A stretch of 27,421 bases of DNA from the NCBI GenBank assembly GCA_964481075.1, contig CAYZSD010000030.1:1-27421 (forward strand), written 5' to 3'. Position numbers and translations under genes: made by a program. The notes beneath the pieces were generated by a model. The model ran no database searches, was not told the DNA's origin, and saw nothing but the letters and a program-made list of their open reading frames with translations. The stretch comes from an uncultured Rikenellaceae bacterium (GTDB lineage: Bacteria; Bacteroidota; Bacteroidia; Bacteroidales; Tenuifilaceae). Below, in pieces: positions 6,396-15,944 of this stretch (position 1 is the stretch's first letter; every line of letters starts with the position of its first letter).

Positions 6396-7652
6396 ATGAA
6401 TAAAAAGAACCACCATCTACTTCTTCTGGTTTTTACAATCCTGAGCATTACCGTGCTTTTGGGGATACAAATCAATTGGATGCTGAAAACTGCCAGAATG
6501 CAGGAAACACAGTTCAAACATGCTGTTTCCTTGGTGCTGAGCAAAACCGTTGAAAATCTGAGAGAAGATAAGGCAATTTGTGCTGAGATAACGAACTGTC
6601 TCCTTGATAGCGGGACTCAATCTTGCTCGTTCACAAACCAGAATAGAATTATAGTTTCTGGGCTCGATAGCCTGATAAGACGTGAGCTTAAGAGCTTGAA
6701 TATTGATTTGGATTTTGAGTTTGAGCTTGTTGAAAAGGGAACTTTACAGGTGTGCCCTTCACAAAAAAATATCTATATAAACAAGACCCTTGATGGAGTT
6801 GTTCCGGAAACCGATTACGAGCTTAGCATCCGTTTTCCCGAGAAGAAAGAGTTTATCAAGGCTCAAATGGGCTCAATTTTTATCAGCTCCATTGCACTGC
6901 TGATGCTTGTGTGTGCATCTATCGTTCTAATATACAGATTCTTAGAGCATGAGAAGAGGCTTACCCGTAACCTAATCGATTTTTTAAATAACATCACCCA
7001 CGAGGTCAAAACCCCCTTAACCAACATCTCGCTTGCAAGCAATATCATATCAAAACACCCTTCAATTGAAACCGATTCAAAGTTATCATCATACGTCAAG
7101 GTAATCAGAACTGAACATCAACGCCTTAAGGAAAAAGTGGAGATGCTACTAAAGGCAACCCTTCTTGAGAGCGATATTCCTATAGAGGAGACTTTCTTTT
7201 CGGCCGATGACGAGATTTCTGGTGTTGTAAGTGTTTTCGATGTTCAGATCCATGAAAGACAAGGACAAATAAGTGTCTGTAAATCAGGTAACAACTTTTT
7301 GCTTTCAGGAAATGTTGACCTTTTCCGTATAGCAATTGGCAACCTTATCGACAATGCAATAAAGTACTGTTTTGGAAATCCTCATATTAAGATTGATTTA
7401 ATCTCAAGGGGAAATCACTTGAAGATTTCAGTTGCCGACAATGGCATTGGAATTTCCCAAAAGCATCTTCCACGGGTTTTCGACAAGTATTTCAGGGTTA
7501 GAAATGGCGACACGCACAGCGTTGATGGTTTTGGGCTTGGTCTATTCTTTGTAAAAAGCACAATAACAAAGATGAAAGGACATGTAACGGTAACAAGCGA
7601 GCAGGGAGAAGGAAGCGTTTTTACATTAAAAATTCCATTAGTATGCAATTAG
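6396..7652 (+). CDS. Two-component sensor histidine kinase
   Basis: NNITHEVKTPLTNISLASNII (H box), GNLIDNAIKYC (N box), VADNGIGIS, DGFGLGLFFVKS; N-terminal TM segments. Confidence 0.95.
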   Translation: MNKKNHHLLLLVFTILSITVLLGIQINWMLKTARMQETQFKHAVSLVLSKTVENLREDKAICAEITNCLLDSGTQSCSFTNQNRIIVSGLDSLIRRELKSLNIDLDFEFELVEKGTLQVCPSQKNIYINKTLDGVVPETDYELSIRFPEKKEFIKAQMGSIFISSIALLMLVCASIVLIYRFLEHEKRLTRNLIDFLNNITHEVKTPLTNISLASNIISKHPSIETDSKLSSYVKVIRTEHQRLKEKVEMLLKATLLESDIPIEETFFSADDEISGVVSVFDVQIHERQGQISVCKSGNNFLLSGNVDLFRIAIGNLIDNAIKYCFGNPHIKIDLISRGNHLKISVADNGIGISQKHLPRVFDKYFRVRNGDTHSVDGFGLGLFFVKSTITKMKGHVTVTSEQGEGSVFTLKIPLVCN

Positions 7653-8350
7653 AACAAGGAAAAATTAGAATTCTGCTTGTTGAGGATGATGTAAACCTTG
7701 GATTTTTGCTTGTCGATTTCCTTGAATCACAGGGTTTTGATGTAAAACTATACAAGGATGGTGAGTCAGGGCTTCGTGGCTACATGTCAGGCACATTCGA
7801 TTTTTGCATCCTCGATGTGATGCTTCCAAAGATTGACGGTTTCACCCTGCTTGAGATGATTAAAACCAACAACAAGGATATTCCTGTAATAATTCTATCG
7901 GCACGGTCCCTGAAGGAGGATAAGATTAAAGGCTTTCGCCTTGGCGTTGACGATTACATCACAAAGCCCTTCGATGAGGAGGAACTCCTATTCCGAATCA
8001 AGGCAATTCTAAACAGGGCAGGTCAATCCAGCTTGTCGGAAAAATCAACAAAAACTTTTGTTCTCGGAAACTATGTTTTTGAGGAGTCCAATCAGATGCT
8101 CCGAGTTGGAGACAAATGCCATCGTTTGACCACAAAAGAGAATCAAATACTTGGAATACTCTCGGGCAACATCAACAACCTGGTGAAACGTGAGGAGATT
8201 ATGCTTGCCGTTTGGGGCGAGTCGGACTACTACATTGGTCGAAGCCTTGATGTATTTATATCAAAATTAAGGAATTACCTCAAAGAAGATTCAAGGATAA
8301 AGGTCTCTACTATTCCAACTGTTGGGTATATTTTAGAGGTTGGGTTGTGA
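7643..8350 (+). CDS. OmpR/PhoB-family response regulator
   Basis: Receiver domain ILLVEDDVNLG...FCILDVMLPKIDGF...DDYITKPFDEEELLFRI plus winged-helix C-terminus; overlaps the kinase gene. Confidence 0.95.
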   Translation: MQLEQGKIRILLVEDDVNLGFLLVDFLESQGFDVKLYKDGESGLRGYMSGTFDFCILDVMLPKIDGFTLLEMIKTNNKDIPVIILSARSLKEDKIKGFRLGVDDYITKPFDEEELLFRIKAILNRAGQSSLSEKSTKTFVLGNYVFEESNQMLRVGDKCHRLTTKENQILGILSGNINNLVKREEIMLAVWGESDYYIGRSLDVFISKLRNYLKEDSRIKVSTIPTVGYILEVGL

Positions 8351-8691
8351 AAAAAACAAAAAAAATGGATTGGGTTATTTTATCAATAGCAGGATTATTT
8401 GAAGTAGCTTTTGCATTCTGTTTGGGAAAAGCAAAAGAGTCCACCGGGCTTGAAATGTATTTATGGTATGCAGGCTTTATTTTTGCCCTTACTGTTAGTA
8501 TGAGTCTTTTAATAAAAGCAACTCAAACCTTACCAATCGGGACAGCTTATGCTGTTTGGACTGGTATTGGTGCAGTTGGTACAGTTTTGGTCGGTATTTT
8601 TGTGTTTAAAGAACCAACTACCTTTCTTCGACTACTCTTTCTTACTACATTAATTAGTTCTATTGTAGGATTAAAAGCTGTCTCTAATTAA
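8347..8691 (+). CDS. Small multidrug resistance (SMR) transporter, SugE/Gdx-like subgroup
   Basis: Four-TM protein with IAGLFEVAFAFCLGKA and LPIGTAYAVWTGIGAVGTVLVGI; GTG start overlaps the regulator stop (alternative ATG at 8365). Confidence 0.88.
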   Translation: MKKTKKMDWVILSIAGLFEVAFAFCLGKAKESTGLEMYLWYAGFIFALTVSMSLLIKATQTLPIGTAYAVWTGIGAVGTVLVGIFVFKEPTTFLRLLFLTTLISSIVGLKAVSN

Positions 8692-8714
8692 ACTACACTG
8701 ATATTCAGCATTTT

Positions 8715-9197
8715 TTACTTCCTGGACTCGCATTTCACCTCATCTACAATCTTTTTCACCTCCTCGTAAATAATTTTTCCAGCTTTCCTAGCTTCCTCAA
8801 GAAGTTTATTTATATCATCATCCATCCTGTTGTCAACATAGTAACGAACCCTAGCCCTAAGCTCCTCAACATCGCCCTTGAGATGTTCATCGTAAAGCTT
8901 TCCAATCTCACTGGCTGCTCGTAAGCCATTGTACTTAACCTTATATCCAGCAAGACGCATCTTCTCTTCAAGGGTGAGTTGGTTTCGATACTTGTTGTAC
9001 CATTCGTTGCTGAAAAGTTCGAACTGCTCATTAGCCTTCTGCCATTGCTCAGATGTGAAGAATCGGTAGTCCTTCGACACATCGTCCATAAACCTCTGGT
9101 ATCTTTCCAGGTAGTCCTCCTTGTTTAATGGAGTACAGGAGTTAAATAATACTGTTAATAAGGCAACTAACATGGTGCTTCTCATTTTATAATTCAT
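8715..9197 (-). CDS. Hypothetical lipoprotein (charged helical)
   Basis: Signal followed by a lipobox-like LFNSC; the rest is charged and helical. No family recognised with certainty. Confidence 0.6.
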   Translation of the reverse strand: MNYKMRSTMLVALLTVLFNSCTPLNKEDYLERYQRFMDDVSKDYRFFTSEQWQKANEQFELFSNEWYNKYRNQLTLEEKMRLAGYKVKYNGLRAASEIGKLYDEHLKGDVEELRARVRYYVDNRMDDDINKLLEEARKAGKIIYEEVKKIVDEVKCESRK

Positions 9198-9221
9198 TTG
9201 AAAACCAAAAAATTCTATTAC

Positions 9222-10748
9222 TTACTGAAATGTATTTATTGCAGATTGAATTCTTTTACATGACTCGTCCCTACCAATTAGCTCAATGATATCGGCTACT
9301 CCAGGACCTTTCGATTCACCAACAAGGCTCAAACGGAGGGCATTCATCACCTTTCCCATTCCATGTCCTTTCTCGTTGATGTATGTCTTGATATCATGCT
9401 CAATTCTATCTGTTGAGAAAGGTTGAGTGTTTTCAATGACAGTAGAAATCTCACTCAGAATTTGGGGGGTATCCTCCTTCCAAAACTTTTTGACCGTTAC
9501 TTCATCGTAGGCTTTTGGAGCCTCGAAGAAGAAAGAGGCTTGTTCCCAAATTTCGTGAACAAAACTCACCCTTTCCTTTACGAGCGAAACTATCTTCTGT
9601 GTTTTATCAAAATTGAATGCTACTCCTTTTTCATTCAAAACTTTTACAAAATGCTCGGTAATCTCCAAATCGCTTTTCCTAACCAGATACTGGTGGTTGA
9701 ACCACTTCGCTTTTTCTGGGTCAAACCTCGCACCCGATTTGTTAACCCTTTCTAGGGAGAAAAGCGAGACTAGTTCTTCCATGCTAAAGATTTCCTGTTC
9801 GGTACCTGGATTCCATCCTAAAAGAGCCAACAGATTAACAAACGCCTCGGAGAAGTAGCCATCCTCACGATAACCTCTTGACAATTCGCCCTCAGCCGAT
9901 TTCCACTGAAGCGGAAAAACGGGAAAGCCCATTTTATCACCATCGCGCTTGCTCAACTTACCGTTTCCGCTTGGCTTAAGCAGAAGTGGAAGGTGCGCAA
10001 ACTTGGGCATTGACTCAGTCCAACCCAAAGCTCGATATAGTAGGACATGAAGGGGAAGCGATGGAAGCCATTCTTCACCTCTTATCACGTGGGATATTTC
10101 CATGAGGTAGTCATCGGTAACGTTGGCCAAATGGTAGGTGGGAAGCATGTCGGCACTCTTGAACAGAACCTTATCGTCGAGGGTAGAGGTATTGACTTTA
10201 ATCTCACCACGAATAATGTCGTTCATTGTTACCTCTTCATTCACAGGCATCTTGAACCTAATAACCCATTGCTCACCGCCATCAATCCGTCTTTCAACCT
10301 CATCCTTTGGCAAAGCCAAGGAGGTTTTCATGCTACCCCGAATGGCGTATCCGTAAACAAAGGCTTCCCCTCTCGACTCGGCTTGGGCTCTAAGTGAATC
10401 GAGCTCTTGGGCAGTATCAAAAGCGTAGTAAGCATTTCCCGATGAAACTAGCTGCTCAGCATACTGTCGGTATAGAGCCTTTCTTTCGCTTTGTCGGTAT
10501 GGAGCATGTGGACCTCCCTCATGAACCCCTTCATCTATCTTAATTCCACACCAACGAAATGCCTCATTGATATACTCTTCGGTACCAGGGACAAATCGCT
10601 GTGAATCGGTATCCTCTATCCTAAGGATAAACGTACCGTTGTGCTTTCGAGCGAAGAAATAGTTGAATAGAGCGGTTCGAACGCCCCCTATATGTAGTGG
10701 GCCTGTTGGACTTGGTGCAAAACGCACCCTAACTGGTTTGGATGACAT
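9222..10748 (-). CDS. gltX: Glutamate--tRNA ligase (ORF track start 10766; MSSKPVRVRFAPSPTG start preferred)
   Basis: RVRFAPSPTGPLHIGGVRTALFNYFFA and KLSKRDGD class I aaRS signatures. Confidence 0.96.
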   Translation of the reverse strand: MSSKPVRVRFAPSPTGPLHIGGVRTALFNYFFARKHNGTFILRIEDTDSQRFVPGTEEYINEAFRWCGIKIDEGVHEGGPHAPYRQSERKALYRQYAEQLVSSGNAYYAFDTAQELDSLRAQAESRGEAFVYGYAIRGSMKTSLALPKDEVERRIDGGEQWVIRFKMPVNEEVTMNDIIRGEIKVNTSTLDDKVLFKSADMLPTYHLANVTDDYLMEISHVIRGEEWLPSLPLHVLLYRALGWTESMPKFAHLPLLLKPSGNGKLSKRDGDKMGFPVFPLQWKSAEGELSRGYREDGYFSEAFVNLLALLGWNPGTEQEIFSMEELVSLFSLERVNKSGARFDPEKAKWFNHQYLVRKSDLEITEHFVKVLNEKGVAFNFDKTQKIVSLVKERVSFVHEIWEQASFFFEAPKAYDEVTVKKFWKEDTPQILSEISTVIENTQPFSTDRIEHDIKTYINEKGHGMGKVMNALRLSLVGESKGPGVADIIELIGRDESCKRIQSAINTFQ

Positions 10749-10826
10749 ACTATATTTTTTCAGCAAAGATAAAAATTGCTGACGAAGGATTGGCTTTTCT
10801 AAAAAAAAACAAGGGCAATAAAAAAA

Positions 10827-13121
10827 CTACTCCCTGCTTGCAGGTGTAATATCTGTAGCAATTTTCAGTATTTTGAACACTTCTCCTTTGTTATTTCGAA
10901 TTGGCGTGTAGGTTTCGTGGAACACAAAATTGCGGCCATACATTTTCACCTGTGTGGTTTGTTTCTGGATTATACCCCTCCTGAGATTTGACCAAAATTC
11001 CTCATAGTTCATTCTTTGCTGGTCAGTCATAACCATTCCGTCGGAATGGTGCCGTCCAATTGCATCCTCACGGGTTATCCCAAGTAGTTCAAGGTAAGCA
11101 TCATTGATGTTTCTTATTGAACCCTTCACATCGTACTCAATTACGTATGACGAAGCGTTGATTGCTTCAATTAACCCCTCCATTTCCGATGAACGTCGTG
11201 CAGCTTCCTCCTGGGTAGCTTGGAGTTCCTCTAGGTTCTGACGTAGTTCTTCCTCCTGGGAAGTCATCATTTCCGCTTGTTCCTGCGATCTCAAGAGTAG
11301 TTCTGCAGTCCTCTCATTTATCTTAACCGTCCGAAGGGTTGAGGCTATGCTTTCAGCTATTCTCTCAGTAAATTCAAGTTCATGTTCCATAAAGGGCTTA
11401 AGAGAAGCCACTTCTATCACTCCAAGAACATCATCCTCTATTTTTAGCGGAACTATGAGTAAAGCGTCTGGAAGAACCCCGCCAAGTCCAGAGGTAACCT
11501 CAATATACTCCTGAGGAATTTCTTTTAAGTATATTGTATCTCGTTCTGCCGCACAGGAGCCAATAAGTCCTTCCCCAAGTTCAAAACTCTTTTCAATAAA
11601 TCTCTTCCTATCATAAGCAAAGGCAGATACCAAATCGTATGTAACAGGGCTATTCGTTTCATTTGATACGAAAAGCCCTCCCAAGCTTGCATCAAGATAC
11701 CATACAAGGTTTTTGATGACCTCATCGCCAAGTTTTGAAAGGTTGTCGTTGTTTTGACGAAGTATTTCAGCAAACTTTGTAAGCCCTTCGTTTATCCATC
11801 TTCGCTTTTCCTCTTCCACTGCTCGTTTTTTTGCTTCCTCGTCTGCCTTCTTTAGGCTTTCACGCATCTCGAGAAGCGATTTGCCCAAAATATCCTCATC
11901 GCTCAGAAGTTTCAACTCTTCGTTCAAATTTCCCTGACCAATGCTACGTGCAAATTCGGTTTTTGCAAGTAACCCATCAATTGATAAGGATAAGGCTTTC
12001 CCCATCTCGGCAATCTCATCACCAGAATCAATTGAAATGTGCATATTGCTATCTACTTTACCACGAGATAGATTGAGAAGTAGTGCTGTAATTCGCTTTA
12101 TTGGGTCTGTAATGTTTTTAGCTAAAACTAGAACTACCAATATTAGCACAACAATACCTGTGATACCTACAAGGATTCCAAGGTTTTGGTTGACGTTAGC
12201 TTCTGCAAGGATAACTCTTTCGGGAACAACAATTCCTAAGGTCCAAGGCGAATTTGTCCTTCCAATTTGAACAGGGCTGAAGCTATAGTAATACCTTTCC
12301 CCATCGTTGTCGCTATATACAAAGCTGAAGCGTTCAGCCTTATTAATTCTGTTAAGAATTCTAAATTTCTCTGTAAGAATAGGATATAATTCGTCAAATT
12401 TCTTCCCAAAGAAAGTAGTGTCTGGATGAGCTATTACAGTTCCTTTGTTAGAGAGCAAGAAAGCATAACTTTCTGGGTAAGGTTTAATACCACAGATTAA
12501 GGCTTGAAACCTACCTAAAAAAAGATCAATTCCCACAAGACCAATATAACGTCCGTTAATGTACATGGGACTTGCTAGTGAAGTCATTAATCCTCCTTTT
12601 TGAAGGGTAGAGAGGTATGGCTCAACAATTGACTCTTTCCCTGCTGCTTTCAATGCCGCATAAACTGGGGGGTCTCCATCGATACTTCGTTTCTCGAACT
12701 TGTATAACAACTTACCTTGCTCTCGGTAGTAGATATGAAGCCAACGCCCGTAGGGTTTATCCCATTTTGGATCAAGGTAGGTGAACTCCCAGCTATCCCA
12801 AATGGCATCGATATGCTGATTATCGTGCATAACCTGCTTATACATACCCATTATAAGCTCCCTCCAGCTATCAAAGGGCACTTGTTTCTGCTCAAGAAAT
12901 GCATTTGAAAGAGTTCGAACAATGGTCATGTCGCTGTTCAACCAACTCTCAACCATTGCGGAATAATGGTCTGTGTACGAATTGGTTAACTCAGTTAGAT
13001 TGCTATATGCGTTTCGTTTTGAAGTTATGCTAAAAAACCCGATTGTAATCGCAAATAGCACTACAGCTACGCTAAGGACATAAATAATTATCTTTTTCTG
13101 AACGCTTAACTTTAATTTCAT
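10827..13121 (-). CDS. Membrane sensory protein: extracellular dCACHE-like + HAMP + GAF + coiled coil + PAS, no recognised output domain
   Basis: YINGRYIGLVGIDLFLGRFQ...PESYAFLLSNKGTVIAHPD (Cache), NITDPIKRITALLLNLSRG (HAMP), GEGLIGSCAAERDTIYLKEIP (GAF), YVIEYDVKGSIRNINDAYLELLGITREDAIGR (PAS); ends after the PAS. Confidence 0.85.
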   Translation of the reverse strand: MKLKLSVQKKIIIYVLSVAVVLFAITIGFFSITSKRNAYSNLTELTNSYTDHYSAMVESWLNSDMTIVRTLSNAFLEQKQVPFDSWRELIMGMYKQVMHDNQHIDAIWDSWEFTYLDPKWDKPYGRWLHIYYREQGKLLYKFEKRSIDGDPPVYAALKAAGKESIVEPYLSTLQKGGLMTSLASPMYINGRYIGLVGIDLFLGRFQALICGIKPYPESYAFLLSNKGTVIAHPDTTFFGKKFDELYPILTEKFRILNRINKAERFSFVYSDNDGERYYYSFSPVQIGRTNSPWTLGIVVPERVILAEANVNQNLGILVGITGIVVLILVVLVLAKNITDPIKRITALLLNLSRGKVDSNMHISIDSGDEIAEMGKALSLSIDGLLAKTEFARSIGQGNLNEELKLLSDEDILGKSLLEMRESLKKADEEAKKRAVEEEKRRWINEGLTKFAEILRQNNDNLSKLGDEVIKNLVWYLDASLGGLFVSNETNSPVTYDLVSAFAYDRKRFIEKSFELGEGLIGSCAAERDTIYLKEIPQEYIEVTSGLGGVLPDALLIVPLKIEDDVLGVIEVASLKPFMEHELEFTERIAESIASTLRTVKINERTAELLLRSQEQAEMMTSQEEELRQNLEELQATQEEAARRSSEMEGLIEAINASSYVIEYDVKGSIRNINDAYLELLGITREDAIGRHHSDGMVMTDQQRMNYEEFWSNLRRGIIQKQTTQVKMYGRNFVFHETYTPIRNNKGEVFKILKIATDITPASRE

Positions 13122-13304
13122 GGCCGTTATATTAAGCTATTTTAAAACGTTAAACATAGGAAAAAAAAGAATTTATTCTTTACTATCCAACCTTATTTTT
13201 GATAATAATACCTATTTCACCTAAAAGAATCTTTTGTCAAGTGAAAACTTCTGCCATTTTCGTACTTTTATCGTTTGAAAAATTACATCAAACAATTATT
13301 TCAG

Positions 13305-14120
13305 ATGAACAGACTAGAAGAAACCATAACATCAGCATGGGAAAGGCGAAGTCTTCTTGAGGAGGATGAAACAATTCGGGCAATAAACGATACGCTGGAA
13401 CTTTTAAACAAAGGCAACCTTCGTGTTGCAGAACCTTATGACAATGGATGGATTGTAAATGAGTGGGTTAAGAAAGCGGTTATTCTTTTCTTTCTTGTCA
13501 GAAAAATGGAGCGTATTGAGGTGGGGCCATTTGAATTTCACGATAAGATTCCATTAAAAAATGGGTACTTCAATCAAGGTGTTAGGGTAGTACCCCATGC
13601 AATTGCTCGCTATGGCTCTTTCATCGCCAAAGGGGCAATTCTTATGCCATCATACATCAACATTGGTGCCTATGTTGACGAAGGTACAATGGTTGACACT
13701 TGGGCTACAGTTGGCTCATGCGCTCAGGTTGGGAAGCATGTACATCTTTCAGGCGGTGTAGGAATAGGAGGAGTACTTGAACCAGTACAAGCCGCACCTG
13801 TTATTATTGAAGACGGCTGTTTCATTGGGTCTCGCTGCATTATTGTTGAGGGGGTTAGAATTGGCAAGGAAGCAGTACTAGGTGCCAATGTTGTTATAAC
13901 AAGTTCAACAAAAATTATCGACGTTACAGGTTCGAAGCCAATAGAGTATAAGGGTGAAGTACTTCCAAGAAAAGTGGTTATTCCAGGATCATACACTAAA
14001 TCTTTCCCAGCTGGTAGCTACCAAGTACCTTGTGCCCTGATAATTGGCGAGCGAAAAATATCAACAGATTTAAAAACAACCCTTAATGATGCCTTAAGAG
14101 AGTTTAACGTGGCTGTATAG
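13305..14120 (+). CDS. dapD: 2,3,4,5-tetrahydropyridine-2,6-dicarboxylate N-succinyltransferase (ORF track start 13275; ATG 13305 preferred)
   Basis: YVDEGTMVDTWATVGSCAQVGKHVHLSGGVGIGGVLEPVQAAPVIIEDGCFIGSRCIIVEGV: DapD left-handed beta-helix. Confidence 0.94.
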   Translation: MNRLEETITSAWERRSLLEEDETIRAINDTLELLNKGNLRVAEPYDNGWIVNEWVKKAVILFFLVRKMERIEVGPFEFHDKIPLKNGYFNQGVRVVPHAIARYGSFIAKGAILMPSYINIGAYVDEGTMVDTWATVGSCAQVGKHVHLSGGVGIGGVLEPVQAAPVIIEDGCFIGSRCIIVEGVRIGKEAVLGANVVITSSTKIIDVTGSKPIEYKGEVLPRKVVIPGSYTKSFPAGSYQVPCALIIGERKISTDLKTTLNDALREFNVAV

Positions 14121-14213
14121 CTATAAATTCAAGATTTTTTCTATTTTTGTTGTTGGATTTCACTTTTTTATTCTGGGGTTTGGCAATCTGGTTATAGCAC
14201 TTAACATACAACG

Positions 14214-15077
14214 ATGAGCACACCTAACAAAGAACATAGTCAGGTAGTTACCCCGGATTGTATTAGTGTTATCATAACAACCTACAATCAGCCCGATTGG
14301 CTTAGAAAAACCCTATGGGGATTTGAAAACCAAACACTCAGCGGTTTTGAAGTGGTAATTGCCGATGATGGTTCGGGCAACGAAACAAAAAACCTTGTCG
14401 ATTGGTTTATCGAGAGTTCCTCCCTAAAAATTAAGCACATTTGGCATCCCGACGATGGTTTCCGAAAGTGCACCATCCTTAACAAAGCTATTATTGCCAG
14501 CTCTGGTGATTACCTTATTTTCACTGATGGCGACTGCATTCCACGGAACGATTTCGTTGAAGTACATGCAAGGTTTTCTAAGCAAAAGCATTTCCTTAGT
14601 GGAGGATACTTCAAGTTGACCCATGAGATTTCGAAATTGATTGACCAAAATGACATCATCAAGGGCAACCCCTTTTCTTCACGATGGCTTCTTTCCAATG
14701 GACAACCACTAATCTATAAGTTTATCAAACTCAATCGAAAGGATTCAATCAAATGGGTAATGAATCACTTCACCACAACCAAGGCGACGTGGAATGGACA
14801 TAACTCAAGTGGTTGGAAAAAGGATATTATGGCTGTTAATGGTTTCAATGAAACCATGCAGTACGGGGGATTAGACCGTGAACTAGGTGAACGGCTTGTA
14901 AATTTTGGGGTTAAACCGAAGCAGATTCGATACAGCGCTGTTTGTGTTCACCTCGATCACCCCCGACCATACAAGAATAATGAAGCCCTGAACAGGAACA
15001 TCCAAATTCGTAAGGTTGTAAAGCAAACCAAGGTAACCTGGACAGAACAAGGGATTTCGCAGCACGTAAGCAACTAA
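14214..15077 (+). CDS. Glycosyltransferase family 2
   Basis: ISVIITTYNQPDWLRKTLWGFENQTLSGFEVVIADDGSG...LIFTDGDCIPR. Confidence 0.93.
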   Translation: MSTPNKEHSQVVTPDCISVIITTYNQPDWLRKTLWGFENQTLSGFEVVIADDGSGNETKNLVDWFIESSSLKIKHIWHPDDGFRKCTILNKAIIASSGDYLIFTDGDCIPRNDFVEVHARFSKQKHFLSGGYFKLTHEISKLIDQNDIIKGNPFSSRWLLSNGQPLIYKFIKLNRKDSIKWVMNHFTTTKATWNGHNSSGWKKDIMAVNGFNETMQYGGLDRELGERLVNFGVKPKQIRYSAVCVHLDHPRPYKNNEALNRNIQIRKVVKQTKVTWTEQGISQHVSN

Positions 15078-15092
15078 TTTCTCCTTATATTT

Positions 15093-15908
15093 ATGGGAAA
15101 TCCTTTGGCCTCATTAATCGTATCAACCTACTCGAACCAAAAGTACCTTGAGCTAGTCTTACTTTCTGCCGCACAACAAACCAACAATCGCTTTGAGGTA
15201 ATCATATCTGAGGATGCTCAACATACTCACATCAAGGAGTTTATTCAAAACCTTTCTTATCCTCTCCCCCTAAAGCACATTTCACAACCCGATGAGGGGT
15301 GGCAGAAGAACAAGGCGCTAAACAGGGCTATAGAAATTGCCAGCACCGACTACCTCGTTTTCATCGATGAGGACTGCTTGCTTCACCCTCGTTTCATGGA
15401 GTTTCATATTCGCTTTGCCAGCGATGAAAGAATTCTTGCAGGAAAAAGGATTAAGCTCGATCAACATACAACCCAGCTGGTAATTGAAAAGAAACTTTGG
15501 ATAGATAATCTGAATGGCTATATCCTACAGAATTTCAGAAGAATCAAACGACAGGGGGCAAAGTTCGTTGAAGAGGGGATTTTTTTCGACCCAAAAGGGT
15601 TTCTGGGATTTATCCCTTCGCTCCGAGGCATGTACCAGCTTAAAGGATGTAACATGTCGTTCTCACGAAATGCTATTTATGCCATTAACGGGTTTGATGA
15701 AGACTATAAACAACCTGCCATTGGGGAAGATATCGACCTAACCTGGCGATTCATAAAGGCAGGCTACAAGCTGAAATCACTAAGAAACCTTGCTGTACAG
15801 TACCACCTTTATCATAAAGAGAACTGGAACAACCAGGATAGCAATATGGAGATGATGAGACGCAAGCAAGCTCAAAACCAGTATATTTGCCTTAATGGCA
15901 TTAGGTAA
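15093..15908 (+). CDS. Glycosyltransferase family 2 (related to the preceding gene)
   Basis: ASLIVSTYSNQKYLELVLLSAAQQTNNRFEVIISEDA...YLVFIDEDCLLHPRF...GEDIDLTWR. Confidence 0.92.
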   Translation: MGNPLASLIVSTYSNQKYLELVLLSAAQQTNNRFEVIISEDAQHTHIKEFIQNLSYPLPLKHISQPDEGWQKNKALNRAIEIASTDYLVFIDEDCLLHPRFMEFHIRFASDERILAGKRIKLDQHTTQLVIEKKLWIDNLNGYILQNFRRIKRQGAKFVEEGIFFDPKGFLGFIPSLRGMYQLKGCNMSFSRNAIYAINGFDEDYKQPAIGEDIDLTWRFIKAGYKLKSLRNLAVQYHLYHKENWNNQDSNMEMMRRKQAQNQYICLNGIR

Positions 15909-15944
15909 CTTTAAAAAAAATTTACAAAATAACATTATAAAAGA

